64,000 nt of DNA, taken from NCBI GenBank assembly GCA_051001455.1, contig JBPCNH010000023.1, forward strand, positions 48,393 through 112,392, read 5' to 3'. Source of the DNA: Actinomycetota bacterium. GTDB taxonomy: Bacteria > Actinomycetota > CADDZG01 > WHSQ01. Below are positions 45,105 through 54,362 of this stretch, one piece after another. Position 1 is the stretch's first letter. Each line of letters opens with the position of its first letter. The position numbers and the translations under genes were made by a program. Below the pieces are notes generated by a model, which was not told where the DNA came from, did not search any database, and worked only from the letters and a program-made list of their open reading frames with translations.

Positions 45105-46166
45105 TTAGGGGAGTTTGTCTAGGACGTGGGTCGCGTAGTAGGCGGCCTTGAAGGTGTTCTCGGTGCCCTCTTCGAGGATGTCGCGCCCGCCGGCCACGAG
45201 CTCCATGAAGTCGACCGTGTCCCACGGCTGGTGATAGCCCGGATAGTCGGCTGCCGTGCGCATGCCGGTCCAGCGCATCGTGAACCAACCTTCCGCTGCG
45301 AACGAGGACTCGTCCGAGTTCCGGATGTTGGGACCGCAGCTGCACACGTGCCCTTCGGTTCCGAGCGGCCACTTCTCGGTGGCAGCCGGGCCACCGTCGC
45401 CCTCGGGATATTTCAAGAAATCGAAGTGGACGTAGTCAATGATCGGCTCGGCGAGCGGAGCATCGAGAGGCCCGTGGTACACGCAGATGCAGTAGCGCGC
45501 CGGGTAACCGATGCCGACCATGTCGAAGCCCATGCCGGCGTGGATCTTGATCTTGCCCTCCTCTTTCAGCTCCTTGGCGTAACGCTTGGAGGCGAGGAGA
45601 CCGGTCTCTTCGGCGTCGAACCACAAGAGAGCGATCGACCGATCGGTCTTGACCTTCGAGAAGGCCTTACCGAAGTAGCGCAGCATGTTGGTACCGCTGC
45701 CGTCGTCGTAGGCGCCCTCGATCGTGACTCCTCCGCCGGCGACGTTGTCGTAATGGGCGATGAAGGCGATCCACTCGTTCGGCTTCTTGGTGCCCTTCTT
45801 CACTGCCTCGACCACCCGGATGTCTTTCCCTGCCTGGCCGGCGCCCTCATAGATGATCGTGCGGACCTTGAAGCCGTGCTTCTTGGCTTCCTCGGCGAGG
45901 AACTCCGACGCCGGGATCCCGTCACCGACGGGGGTGTCGGAGAGGACGCTGTGGCGCAGTGGATACGCCGCGACGAACTCCTCGAGCCCTTCGATGATCT
46001 CCGCGCCGGTGATCTTGGGCTTGGGGACTTTCTTGAGGTCGGTGAACCGCTGCTTGGGTTTCGCCTCGGCGCGCTGAGGCGAGACGCCGGTGGCGCTGCC
46101 GAAGACGGGTAGAGCAAGCATGACTGCCAGAGCAGCCATCGAGAGCCGGCGCAGCTTCGAAGACAT
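45105..46166 (-). CDS. Secreted M28-family metallopeptidase
   Basis: ATG at 46166 with a signal peptide. AHYDNV, YDDGSGT and FDAEETGLLAS are the M28 metal-ligand blocks. The 454-aa track ORF extension is rejected. Confidence 0.8.
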   Translation of the reverse strand: MSSKLRRLSMAALAVMLALPVFGSATGVSPQRAEAKPKQRFTDLKKVPKPKITGAEIIEGLEEFVAAYPLRHSVLSDTPVGDGIPASEFLAEEAKKHGFKVRTIIYEGAGQAGKDIRVVEAVKKGTKKPNEWIAFIAHYDNVAGGGVTIEGAYDDGSGTNMLRYFGKAFSKVKTDRSIALLWFDAEETGLLASKRYAKELKEEGKIKIHAGMGFDMVGIGYPARYCICVYHGPLDAPLAEPIIDYVHFDFLKYPEGDGGPAATEKWPLGTEGHVCSCGPNIRNSDESSFAAEGWFTMRWTGMRTAADYPGYHQPWDTVDFMELVAGGRDILEEGTENTFKAAYYATHVLDKLP

Positions 46167-46484
46167 CAGATGAGCCCCTTGATTTGTAGAGAGGGTGTAC
46201 ATATCGGTCATTCGCCGCCGGGCGGCCCACTCCTGCGCACGCTGCGGGACGACGGCAAGCTGCCAGCCTCCACCTGACCGCCTGTGCTCGTGCCGATGGC
46301 GGTACCGGAGCCGCCGCCTTCCTGTCTCGATGCTGGACCTCGGGGGAACATCTGTGTGAACGAAAGGCACGTCGCGCCGTGCCCGCACCGGCACGACGGA
46401 ACACGAGCAGGATGGAGACGTCTTCCGTCGAATCATCGCGACTAGAGGGACAAATAGGACCCGATCCAATAGGGAGCAATCGAG

Positions 46485-47192
46485 ATGAAACTGAAAGCAA
46501 GCATTGCGCTCGCGCTGTCGGCGATGATCGCCGCTTCGCTCGTCGGCGCGCCGGGCGTTGCGTCGGCCGCCAAGAAGAAGAAAGCTCCTAAGGGGCCCGT
46601 CGTACTCGGGACCGATCCCGCCGGCGACTGGGCGTACGAGGGTGACGACTCGGTCAACCCGATCGGCGACGCCATGGGGCAGGATCTCACCGAGGCGGCC
46701 ATCGAGCTCGTCGACGGCGACACTCTGAACTTCATCATCACGGTCAACTCACTGCCGGCCATCGGCGGGATTCCGGAAGTCACCCGCTACGGCTGGGACA
46801 TGCTGGTGGACGGCGAGAACGTCCAACTCGACGGGAAATTCACCAACTACTCCCGCGGCGCGTGCGACCCCACCTCGGGCCAATGCCCACCTCCTCGTGA
46901 CCCCGGCAGCGCTCCGTTCATGGTGAGGGGCAACTGCGAGGTCACCGGAAACCTGAACCTGTGCGAAGAGCTCGGCATCGTCGAGGCAGCCTTCGACCCT
47001 GCCGAAGGGACGATCACGATCCCGGTGCCTCTCGAGATGATCAACGCCAAGAAAGGCACCAAGATCACTCCGGCTGTCAGTGCCGTGTTCGGAGGGACGA
47101 TCGAGGTTGCGCCGTCCGCGTTCTTCACCTACGGCGCTTTCCCGCATGACGCAATGATCCTGACGAAGACCTACAAAGTCCCAAAGAAGTAG
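46485..47192 (+). CDS. Secreted Cys-containing protein, unrecognised family, tandem paralog 1
   Basis: Signal peptide, then KKKKAPKGPVVLGTDPAGDW. Conserved LDGKFTNYSRGACDPTSGQCPPPRDPG...VRGNC...C and FDPAEGTITIPVP. Ends VPKK. Confidence 0.8.
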   Translation: MKLKASIALALSAMIAASLVGAPGVASAAKKKKAPKGPVVLGTDPAGDWAYEGDDSVNPIGDAMGQDLTEAAIELVDGDTLNFIITVNSLPAIGGIPEVTRYGWDMLVDGENVQLDGKFTNYSRGACDPTSGQCPPPRDPGSAPFMVRGNCEVTGNLNLCEELGIVEAAFDPAEGTITIPVPLEMINAKKGTKITPAVSAVFGGTIEVAPSAFFTYGAFPHDAMILTKTYKVPKK

Positions 47193-47219
47193 AGCCCAAC
47201 TCCAAGGAAGGAAACAGAC

Positions 47220-47948
47220 ATGAAGAGCAAGACTCTCATCGCATTATCACTGGCAGCCCTTTTGGCTCTGTCGGTGGTCGGTCCCGCCGCTGCAGTAGCG
47301 AAGAAAAAGAAGAAGGCCCCGAAGGGCCCCGTCGTGATGGGCACCGACGACGCGGGTGACTGGGGCGAAAACAACGCGGCCGGCGAAGACATCTCCGCCC
47401 TCGGCAACGAGCTCGGGATGGATCTGATCGAAGCCTCCATCGAGATGGCAGACAAGGAGACCGTCAACTTCGTGATCACGGTCGACAACCTGCCGGCAAC
47501 GGGTGGGATACCCGAGATCCCCCGCTACATCTGGAGCGTCGACGTCGACGGCGAGTACGCCGAACTAGACGGGAAATTCACGAACTACTCCCGCGGAGTC
47601 TGCGACCCCACCGCCGGAACATGTCCACCGCCGCGCGACCCGGGTCAGCAACCGTTCGCCGTTCGAGGTAACTGCACGACCGACGCGACCGCGAACCTCA
47701 CGACGTGTCAAGAGCTCGGGATCGTCCAGGCCGCTTTCGACCCGGCCGAGGGAACCATCACCATCCCGGTGCCCCTCGAGGTGATCGGCGCCAAGAAGGG
47801 CTCCAAGATCAAGAACGGCAGCTCAAGCTTCACCGCCGGAGCGGGCGGGGCGATCATCGCGATCCCCTCTGCCTTCCTGTCCCGCACGGACATGCCTCTC
47901 GACGCCATGATCGACGGGGGCAAGACCTTCGTCGTGCCGAAGAAGTAA
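47220..47948 (+). CDS. Secreted Cys-containing protein, unrecognised family, tandem paralog 2
   Basis: Same architecture and motifs as paralog 1 (LDGKFTNYSRGVCDPTAGTCPPPRDPG). RBS GGAAGGAAA. Confidence 0.8.
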   Translation: MKSKTLIALSLAALLALSVVGPAAAVAKKKKKAPKGPVVMGTDDAGDWGENNAAGEDISALGNELGMDLIEASIEMADKETVNFVITVDNLPATGGIPEIPRYIWSVDVDGEYAELDGKFTNYSRGVCDPTAGTCPPPRDPGQQPFAVRGNCTTDATANLTTCQELGIVQAAFDPAEGTITIPVPLEVIGAKKGSKIKNGSSSFTAGAGGAIIAIPSAFLSRTDMPLDAMIDGGKTFVVPKK

Positions 47949-47970
47949 TCAAGCTGAGGAGAGCAACACC

Positions 47971-48684
47971 ATGAAAGCAAGAACTCTCGTAGCACTCGCA
48001 CTCGCGTTGGTCCTCGCGGTATCCGTGATGGGACCGGCGACGGCCGGTAAGAAAAAGAAGAAGGGGCCTAAAGCCGGGCCGCTGGTCGTCGGCACAGATG
48101 AGGCCGGTGACTGGGGAGCGGACGGCGATCCCACGCTCAACCCGATCGGCGACGCGCTGGGGCAGGACCTCGTAGAGGCCGTGATAGCTCCAGGCGAGGA
48201 GAAAGACACGATCGACTTCGTCATCAAAGTGAACTCGTTGCCTCCGACCGGTGGCGTGCCCGAAGTCTCTCGCTACGTATGGGACATGTTCGTAGACGGC
48301 GAATTCGTCGAGCTCGACGGCAAATTCACGAACTACAGCCGGGGGGCATGCGACCCCACCTCGGGCCAGTGTCCGCCGCCGCGTGACCCCGGTATGCAGC
48401 CCTTCTCGGTACGAGGTGACTGCGCGCCGAACGACGCGAACGTCACGATCTGCGTCGAGAAGGGCATCGTGCAAGGGGTGTTCGATAGCGCAGAAGCAAC
48501 GATCACCATCCCGGTGTCGTACGAGCTGCTCGGAGCCAAGCCCGGATCGAAGATCGAACCGGCGCCGAACATCTTCGGTGGCTCCGTCAGCGCCAATCCC
48601 TCCGCCTTCTTCTCGGTCAGTCTCGCTCCGCTCGACGCGATGACGCTGACCGAGACCTACGTCATACCGAAGAAGAAGAAATAG
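47971..48684 (+). CDS. Secreted Cys-containing protein, unrecognised family, tandem paralog 3
   Basis: Same architecture (LDGKFTNYSRGACDPTSGQCPPPRDPG). Ends IPKKKK. Confidence 0.8.
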   Translation: MKARTLVALALALVLAVSVMGPATAGKKKKKGPKAGPLVVGTDEAGDWGADGDPTLNPIGDALGQDLVEAVIAPGEEKDTIDFVIKVNSLPPTGGVPEVSRYVWDMFVDGEFVELDGKFTNYSRGACDPTSGQCPPPRDPGMQPFSVRGDCAPNDANVTICVEKGIVQGVFDSAEATITIPVSYELLGAKPGSKIEPAPNIFGGSVSANPSAFFSVSLAPLDAMTLTETYVIPKKKK

Positions 48685-48821
48685 GCCCAGAGCCTCCTTA
48701 AGGCTCGGCCCTCAGGGGTTCTGTTTTTCCCGAAGCGACAGGAACGGAGCCTTTGGGGGCGAATACCAGACACATAAGACCAAGAGAAGCGTTTCCGATG
48801 CAGCAAGAAAGGGAGTCAACG

Positions 48822-50039
48822 ATGAAGATTTTCAGAAGGTCAGTTGCGGCCACCGCGGTGGCCGGCCTTCTTCTGACGGGGGGGCTCCTCGCTCCGGCAC
48901 CCGCCGCCCCTCTGAAGGGTGAAGGCAAGAACCTCAAGATCATCGCGAACATCGACTACCGCGGCGGTACCGACATGGAGTTCGTCACCATCAAGGGCCG
49001 CGACTACGCGATCGCCGCCAACGGCGTTGCGCCGGCAGACGAGAAGCGCGCCGGGCTACACGTGATCGACATCACCAACCCCGAGAAGCCCAAAGAGGTC
49101 GGTTTCGCCGGCTGTCGCATGAACCAGGGTGACATCCAGATCTCGCACGACAAGAAGTACGCCTACATGGCGGCAGACAGTGCACCCGGTCCCGAGGGTT
49201 GCCTCTCCGTAGGCAAGCGCGGTTTCCAGGTCTTCGACATCCGCAACCCCAAGAAGCCGAAGCCCGTTGGTGTAGCAGACACGGGCAACGTCGGATCGCA
49301 CAACATGACCGCGCATCCCACCAAGCCCTACGTTTACAACTCGAGTTCTTCACTAGCCGGCGTCGGCAGCATCCAGATCTGGAACGTGAAGAACCCCAAG
49401 AAGCCGGAGATGGTCAAGACCTTCCCGAGCCTTCCTCACGCACCGCACGACATCTCGTTCAACTCCGACGGTACGAAGATCGTGACCGCGGCGATCAGCC
49501 ACATCGACATCTTCGACACCACCGACGTCGAGAGCCCGAGCCTCATGATCTCCACCCAGTGCCCCGGGTGCTCGATCACCCACGACGCCAAGTTCACGCC
49601 TGACGACAGCGGCCTGATCGTCGGCGACGAGGGCGGCGGCGGCGGCACCTACCCCTGCCCCGGTGGTGCGCTGTACTTCTACCAACTCCAAGGTGGGTTC
49701 GTTCCGGTACTGACCGGGATCTACGAGCCGGACCGGGTCGTATTCCCCCGTGAGGGACAGCAGGCGGCCGGTGCTTGCACCAGCCACGTGTTCGACATCT
49801 CGGATGACGGCAAAGAGGTTGCGATCTCCTGGTACTCCGCAGGGACCCGCCACCTGAACGTCGAGGCCATGACCGGACTCGCCTTCGGTGAGAACGCCGC
49901 CGGGGGAGTTGAAGAGCTCGGCTGGTTCCAGCCGGACGGTGGATCGAGCTGGTCTTCCAAGTTCTACAAAGGCACCAAGTACATCTACTCCAACGACATC
50001 CAGCGAGGCTTCGACGTCTTCAAGGTAGTCACGGACTAG
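48822..50039 (+). CDS. Secreted LVIVD-repeat beta-propeller protein
   Basis: ATG at 48822 with a signal peptide. Repeated units LHVIDITNPEKPKEV, FQVFDIRNPKKPKPV, IQIWNVKNPKKPEMV, IDIFDTTDVESPSLM. Confidence 0.75.
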   Translation: MKIFRRSVAATAVAGLLLTGGLLAPAPAAPLKGEGKNLKIIANIDYRGGTDMEFVTIKGRDYAIAANGVAPADEKRAGLHVIDITNPEKPKEVGFAGCRMNQGDIQISHDKKYAYMAADSAPGPEGCLSVGKRGFQVFDIRNPKKPKPVGVADTGNVGSHNMTAHPTKPYVYNSSSSLAGVGSIQIWNVKNPKKPEMVKTFPSLPHAPHDISFNSDGTKIVTAAISHIDIFDTTDVESPSLMISTQCPGCSITHDAKFTPDDSGLIVGDEGGGGGTYPCPGGALYFYQLQGGFVPVLTGIYEPDRVVFPREGQQAAGACTSHVFDISDDGKEVAISWYSAGTRHLNVEAMTGLAFGENAAGGVEELGWFQPDGGSSWSSKFYKGTKYIYSNDIQRGFDVFKVVTD

Positions 50040-50072
50040 GCGACAACCAAGCAGTAACTAGGCGGGACTACA

Positions 50073-50105
50073 AGCCCCGGGCCACCCCTTCGGTCCGGGG
50101 CTTTC
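50073..50105 (+). terminator. Candidate intrinsic terminator after LVIVD gene
   Basis: 11-bp stem AGCCCCGGGCC/GGTCCGGGGCT (one G:T pair) with an 8-nt loop, followed by a short TTT run. Confidence 0.45.
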
Positions 50106-50129
50106 GCCTGCCCGGGAACCCCCTCTGTC

Positions 50130-50179
50130 GTTTTTGATCGATAGAGACCACGTATTTGGTGGCCGCAATCGATTAAAAC
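50130..50179. repeat. Nested-palindrome repeat element, copy D
   Basis: GTTTTTGATCGATAGAGACCACGTATTTGGTGGCCGCAATCGATTAAAAC, between the LVIVD gene and the glycosyltransferase gene. Confidence 0.9.
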
Positions 50180-50209
50180 GCGTTGGGGGTGGTTAGTAGG
50201 GTGCGTGGC

Positions 50210-51448
50210 ATGGTCGGCGCGGTTTTGGTTTCCTCCTCGTTCCTACCGGGGCGGGGAGGGATCGAGAGCTACCTCGGCGAGCTGTGCGACGAGCTAGCGC
50301 CGCGCCTCGCGGTCGTCGCCGCGGCGGAGCGAGATGGGCGGGCGCTGCCCCACGACCTCCCGTATCCCGTATATCCGTTCGACGGCCGTCTGCTGTGGCC
50401 GGGGCGCGCCGCCCTGCAAGCGGTCGTCGCCGCGGCGCGCGCCGAAGGGACCGACAAGGTCGTCTTCGGCACCCCGTGGCCGCTCGTCCTGATGGGTCCT
50501 CGCCTGCGCAGCCACGGCCTGAGGTACTCGGTGATCGTGCACGGAGCAGAGATGCTCGTGCCCTCGGCGATCCCGGTAGTGCGCCGAGGGCTCGCTGCCG
50601 CTCTCGCCGGCGCCGACCTGCTGCTGCCGGTGAGCCTGTACACCGCCGACATGCTGAATGCCTTCCTCGCCCGGCGCGCCGGAAAGGTCCCGCCGATGGA
50701 GCTGTTGCGCGCCCGGGTCGACCTGCAGCGCTTCTCGCCGGAGGTCGATGATGCGCCGGCGCGCCGGGCCTACGGCATCGGACCGAGCGAGCGCGTCGTG
50801 CTCTGCTTCGGCCGCCTCGTCCCGCGCAAGGGCGTCGACCGGCTGATCGACGCGCTCCCCGCCATCGTCCGGCGCGCCGGGAGCACCACGGTGGTGATCG
50901 CAGGAACGGGACCGGAAGAGAAGAAGCTGCGGCGCGGCGCGGCGCGCACCGAGGGGGTCGCCGTGAGCTCGGGGCCCGACACCGGCTCCGGCCCAGAGAC
51001 GGGAGTGGCACTCCCGCAAGAACCGGGCGCAGCGGAAGGCCGCTCCCGGACCGCTCCCCCGGGCGGCGGGCGCGTCGTCTTCACCGGACGGGTGCCCGAG
51101 GACCTGACGCCGGCGGTCTATGCGATGGCCGACGTGTTCGCCTTGCCCGTGGTCGACCGCTGGTTCGGGCTCGAGATCGAGGGCCTTGGGGTCGTGCTCC
51201 TCGAAGCCGCCGCCACCGGGGTGCCGTGCGTCACCGGACGCTCTGGAGGGACCCCGGAGGCCGTGATCGACGGGGTCACCGGTTACGTCGTCGACGCCGG
51301 GGAACCCAGCGCCCTCGCGGGACGGATCGCCCACCTGCTCGAGCATCCAGAGCAAGCCCGCTCCATGGGCCTAGCGGGCCGCACGCACGTACAGGAGAAC
51401 TTCTCCGAGCGCGCCGTTCCGGCGGCCCTGGTGGAGTGGCTGAGCTGA
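50210..51448 (+). CDS. GT-B glycosyltransferase (GT4/family 1-like) with low-complexity insertion
   Basis: MVGAVLVSSSFLPGRGGIESYL start and a C-terminal EGLGVVLLEAAATGVPCV E-x7-E-like block. A Gly/Pro/Ala-rich insertion of about 50 aa precedes VVFTGRV. The track start at 50183 (TTG) abuts repeat D. Confidence 0.75.
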   Translation: MVGAVLVSSSFLPGRGGIESYLGELCDELAPRLAVVAAAERDGRALPHDLPYPVYPFDGRLLWPGRAALQAVVAAARAEGTDKVVFGTPWPLVLMGPRLRSHGLRYSVIVHGAEMLVPSAIPVVRRGLAAALAGADLLLPVSLYTADMLNAFLARRAGKVPPMELLRARVDLQRFSPEVDDAPARRAYGIGPSERVVLCFGRLVPRKGVDRLIDALPAIVRRAGSTTVVIAGTGPEEKKLRRGAARTEGVAVSSGPDTGSGPETGVALPQEPGAAEGRSRTAPPGGGRVVFTGRVPEDLTPAVYAMADVFALPVVDRWFGLEIEGLGVVLLEAAATGVPCVTGRSGGTPEAVIDGVTGYVVDAGEPSALAGRIAHLLEHPEQARSMGLAGRTHVQENFSERAVPAALVEWLS

Positions 51449-51548
51449 GCTGAGCTGAGCGGGACGCGGCGCGCCGGGTGACCGGGTGAGGTTGTTGGGT
51501 AAGGGGACTACCATCGAACTCAACGACGTCTAATGACGGAGGTAAGGG

Positions 51549-51866
51549 ATGAAGATCTCCATCGCATCTCCAGGTCACGACCTGAGCGCCGAGGAAACCG
51601 CTTCCATCGAGCGGGATCTCGAGAAGATCGCCCGGCGGCTGGAGAAGATAGGCGATGACGCGATCGCGAACGTCCGGATCAACAACGGACAAGCCACCAA
51701 GATATTCACCGTCGTCCTCGAGGTGTCGTACCGGCGCAATCACGTAACGGCCAAAGCCGAGGACTCGGACATGGGAACCGCACTGCGCCACGCTCGCGAA
51801 GAGGCACTGCGCCAGATCAACGACCGCGGGCGCGGCGGACACAGTTCTTACGCGAAGCACGCTTAG
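51549..51866 (+). CDS. Ribosome hibernation/RaiA-HPF family protein (short form)
   Basis: 105 aa. MKISIASPGHDLSAEETASIERDLEKIARRL...AKAEDSDMGTALRHAREEALRQI follows the YfiA/HPF pattern. Confidence 0.65.
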   Translation: MKISIASPGHDLSAEETASIERDLEKIARRLEKIGDDAIANVRINNGQATKIFTVVLEVSYRRNHVTAKAEDSDMGTALRHAREEALRQINDRGRGGHSSYAKHA

Positions 51867-51871
51867 CCAAC

Positions 51872-52552
51872 GTGACCTCTAAGGAACACGACGGGTTCCC
51901 ACCGCTCGAAAGCGTGCCGCAAGACGGCAGGCAGGCCGCCAAGCAAAACGCGAAGCGAGATCGCCGCGAAGACATCATGCAGGCGACGCTCCATCTATTC
52001 GCGGAGCGCGGATTCCACGGGACGTCGATGCGCGACATCGCTCGCGCAGCAGACATCACCGAAGGGCTCATCTACCACTACTTCGCGTCAAAGCGAGATC
52101 TCTTCCGGGCGATCATCGAAGAGCACTCGTTCCTGCCGTTGTTGCGAACGTTGCCGGAGCTCGCCGCGCAGCTCGACCTACGTGGGTTGCTGCTGGTCCT
52201 GGCGCGCGGTTTCTACGATGTGTTGCGCAACAACACCGACCTCGTGCGCATCCTGTTGCAAGAGGTGCAGGTCTTCCCCGAAGAGAAAGAGGCCTTCTTC
52301 ACCGATGCCGTGAACGAATCGATCACCGCACTGGGGAGCATCCTCGACGACCGCATGAACGAGAAGGTTCGCTCGCAGCTCGATCCGCAGGTTTCGGCGC
52401 GCATCTTCTTCAACTCGTTGCTGGCGCTGTTCGTCGAGCAGGAGATACTCGGCGGCAAGCAGGTGCTCCCTGCCGACGAGAACACCTACATCGAGCAGCT
52501 CGTAGACATGTTCGTCAAGCGTCTGGGCGCCGGGCGACCCCGCGCCGTCTGA
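51872..52552 (+). CDS. TetR-family transcriptional regulator
   Basis: HTH region IMQATLHLFAERGFHGTSMRDIARAADITEGLIYHYFASKRDLF. Confidence 0.85.
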   Translation: MTSKEHDGFPPLESVPQDGRQAAKQNAKRDRREDIMQATLHLFAERGFHGTSMRDIARAADITEGLIYHYFASKRDLFRAIIEEHSFLPLLRTLPELAAQLDLRGLLLVLARGFYDVLRNNTDLVRILLQEVQVFPEEKEAFFTDAVNESITALGSILDDRMNEKVRSQLDPQVSARIFFNSLLALFVEQEILGGKQVLPADENTYIEQLVDMFVKRLGAGRPRAV

Positions 52553-52596
52553 TCCTTTTCTGCTTTGCGGCTCTCCGGAGCCGCTGCTCGGAAGCG

Positions 52597-53310
52597 CTAC
52601 TCGCCCGGCAGCGGGACCGCCAGCAGCTCGTCGATCCGGTCGATGATCGGGGCTCGGTTCTCGTTGGCGACCTCGTAATCACGGATCTCTCGGAGCTGCG
52701 GTTTGGTGAGGCCGTTCAGAGCGTCGAGGATCGCCGGCATCTTGAGATGGGTGTAGGTCGGCAGCGGCAACGAGACCAGCTCCGCGCCTCTCGTGACAGC
52801 CGACTGCCCTGTGGACCGCTTGGCCGGAGACTTCTTGGCCGGAGTCTTTTTCGCCGCGGTCTTCTTCGCGGGAGTTCCGCTGGTGCTCCGTGGCTTGGCA
52901 GGGGAAGGAGCGGCAGTGGTGTCCACGGATGAGCCCGATGTCTCTCGGTCCGGCCCGGTCGTGGCGCCGAAGGGCGGATGACCGTCGTCCCGATCCTCGC
53001 TGCGTGAAGAGCCGTGCCCGTCCTCGCGGCCGCCCAGTCCCGGGATCCAGCCGAGCACCGGCCTGGCGAGCGGCTCGACCAACTTCATGGCCCCGCCGAC
53101 GAGACGCCCCGGAGACGTGTCGCCCGCAGCCTCGGCGGTGGAGCGCACCTTCTCGTAGAGAGGGATGGCCACCCCGATCGCCATCAACCCGGCTCCGAGA
53201 ACCTTTCTCTTCATCTCGTCCATGTCCATGTCTCCTCCAGATCGCTCCAAGTGTCTCCCGGTCTTACCGCGCTCGGTACCGCGCCTAAACAGCGGGGCAG
53301 GAGCCGGCAA
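52597..53310 (-). CDS. Hypothetical protein with histone-H1-like Lys/Ala/Pro repeats
   Basis: The 237-aa ORF more probably starts at MDMDEMKRK (53229). TM-like segment, then PAKKTAAKKTPAKKSPAKR, then a conserved-looking C-terminus LTKPQLREIRDYEVANENR. Confidence 0.5.
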   Translation of the reverse strand: MPAPAPLFRRGTERGKTGRHLERSGGDMDMDEMKRKVLGAGLMAIGVAIPLYEKVRSTAEAAGDTSPGRLVGGAMKLVEPLARPVLGWIPGLGGREDGHGSSRSEDRDDGHPPFGATTGPDRETSGSSVDTTAAPSPAKPRSTSGTPAKKTAAKKTPAKKSPAKRSTGQSAVTRGAELVSLPLPTYTHLKMPAILDALNGLTKPQLREIRDYEVANENRAPIIDRIDELLAVPLPGE

Positions 53311-53350
53311 CGCACTTCTGGCTGGAACGGTTCCTCCACCGCCGTCCCGA

Positions 53351-54307
53351 TCAGTCGAGCTGGGCCAGAACCCCGCCCACCAAGCCGATCAGAGCATCCT
53401 TCTCGGGACCGTCGGCGAACCGCTCCAACGAAGCTTCGGCGCGCCGGGCTGCATCGCGCGCCGCGGACATCGCGTCGTCGAACGCACCGGAGGATTCGAG
53501 GGCAGGCAATAGCTCGCCGAGCTCACGGTCGCCCGACACCAGCAGGTCGGCGAAGGCATCGTCCCGCTGCGCCGCGAGCAACGGCGCCATCGTGAAGACA
53601 CCTTCCTTGAGATCGGTGCCGAGCTCCTTACCGGTGACGGCCGGGTCACCGACGAGGTCCAACAGGTCGTCGACCATCTGGAAGGCGCGCCCTAAGTGCT
53701 CGCCGTATGCGAGCAACGCGTCGCGCTCGGGAGCATCGAGGGCCGATGTCGACGCACCCAATTCGCAAGCCGCGCGGAACAACGCGCCGGTCTTGAGGCT
53801 GATCGTCTCCAGATAATCCTCGACGGCGCGCCGGGGATCGTGCAGCGCCGCGGTCTCGATGATCTGACCCTCACACACGTCGGCGATCGCCTGCGCCAGG
53901 ATGCCGGGGACCTCGCCACCCGCGGCCGCACCCAGGGCAGAACCGCACGCGAAGAGATAGTCGCCGGCGAGCACCGCTATCTCCGTGCCCCACTTCGTGT
54001 GTGCGGTCGGCACGCCGCGCCGCACGTCCGTCTCGTCCATGACGTCGTCGTGATACAGCGTGGCGAGATGGACCAGCTCTACGGCCGCGGCCGCGAGGTC
54101 CGTCGATGCGCTCGGCGCGCCGAAGCGCGACGTGAGCAGCACCAACGCGGGACGGAGTCGTTTCCCTCCGGCCTTAATCAGATGCGTCGCAGGTTCCGCG
54201 ACCAACGGATGAGCCGACGCGCCCGCGCGCGTCAACAAGATGTCCTCGATGCGCGCCATGTCGCCGGTCAACCACTCGGGGACCACCGTCGAAGGTGCAG
54301 CCTTCAC
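53351..54307 (-). CDS. Polyprenyl diphosphate synthase (trans-IPPS)
   Basis: First Asp-rich motif LYHDDVMDETDVRRG and second motif FQMVDDLLD. Confidence 0.9.
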   Translation of the reverse strand: MKAAPSTVVPEWLTGDMARIEDILLTRAGASAHPLVAEPATHLIKAGGKRLRPALVLLTSRFGAPSASTDLAAAAVELVHLATLYHDDVMDETDVRRGVPTAHTKWGTEIAVLAGDYLFACGSALGAAAGGEVPGILAQAIADVCEGQIIETAALHDPRRAVEDYLETISLKTGALFRAACELGASTSALDAPERDALLAYGEHLGRAFQMVDDLLDLVGDPAVTGKELGTDLKEGVFTMAPLLAAQRDDAFADLLVSGDRELGELLPALESSGAFDDAMSAARDAARRAEASLERFADGPEKDALIGLVGGVLAQLD

Positions 54308-54362
54308 GAGCGAACTCCGCGCGGCCCGAACGAGAGAAAGGCGGTGGCTGAAGCCACCATCG

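Noticed and set aside
50193-51355. Two long minus-strand ORFs (272 aa and 353 aa) opposite the glycosyltransferase gene. Similar cases are 58847-60100 and 60290-61276 opposite the kinase gene, 12100-13116, 24243-25199, 27069-28169, 14380-15405 and 8235-9269.
   Set aside because: They are Arg/Pro/Gly/Ala-rich low-complexity translations with no recognisable motifs. They overlap, on the opposite strand or in another frame of the same strand, genes that have clear family signatures. Such stop-free alternate frames are expected in ~70% GC DNA.
51439-51458. (GCTGA)x4 microsatellite spanning the glycosyltransferase stop codon.
   Set aside because: It is real but short. Every slippage product still presents an in-frame TGA within a few codons, so there is no obvious phase-variation consequence.
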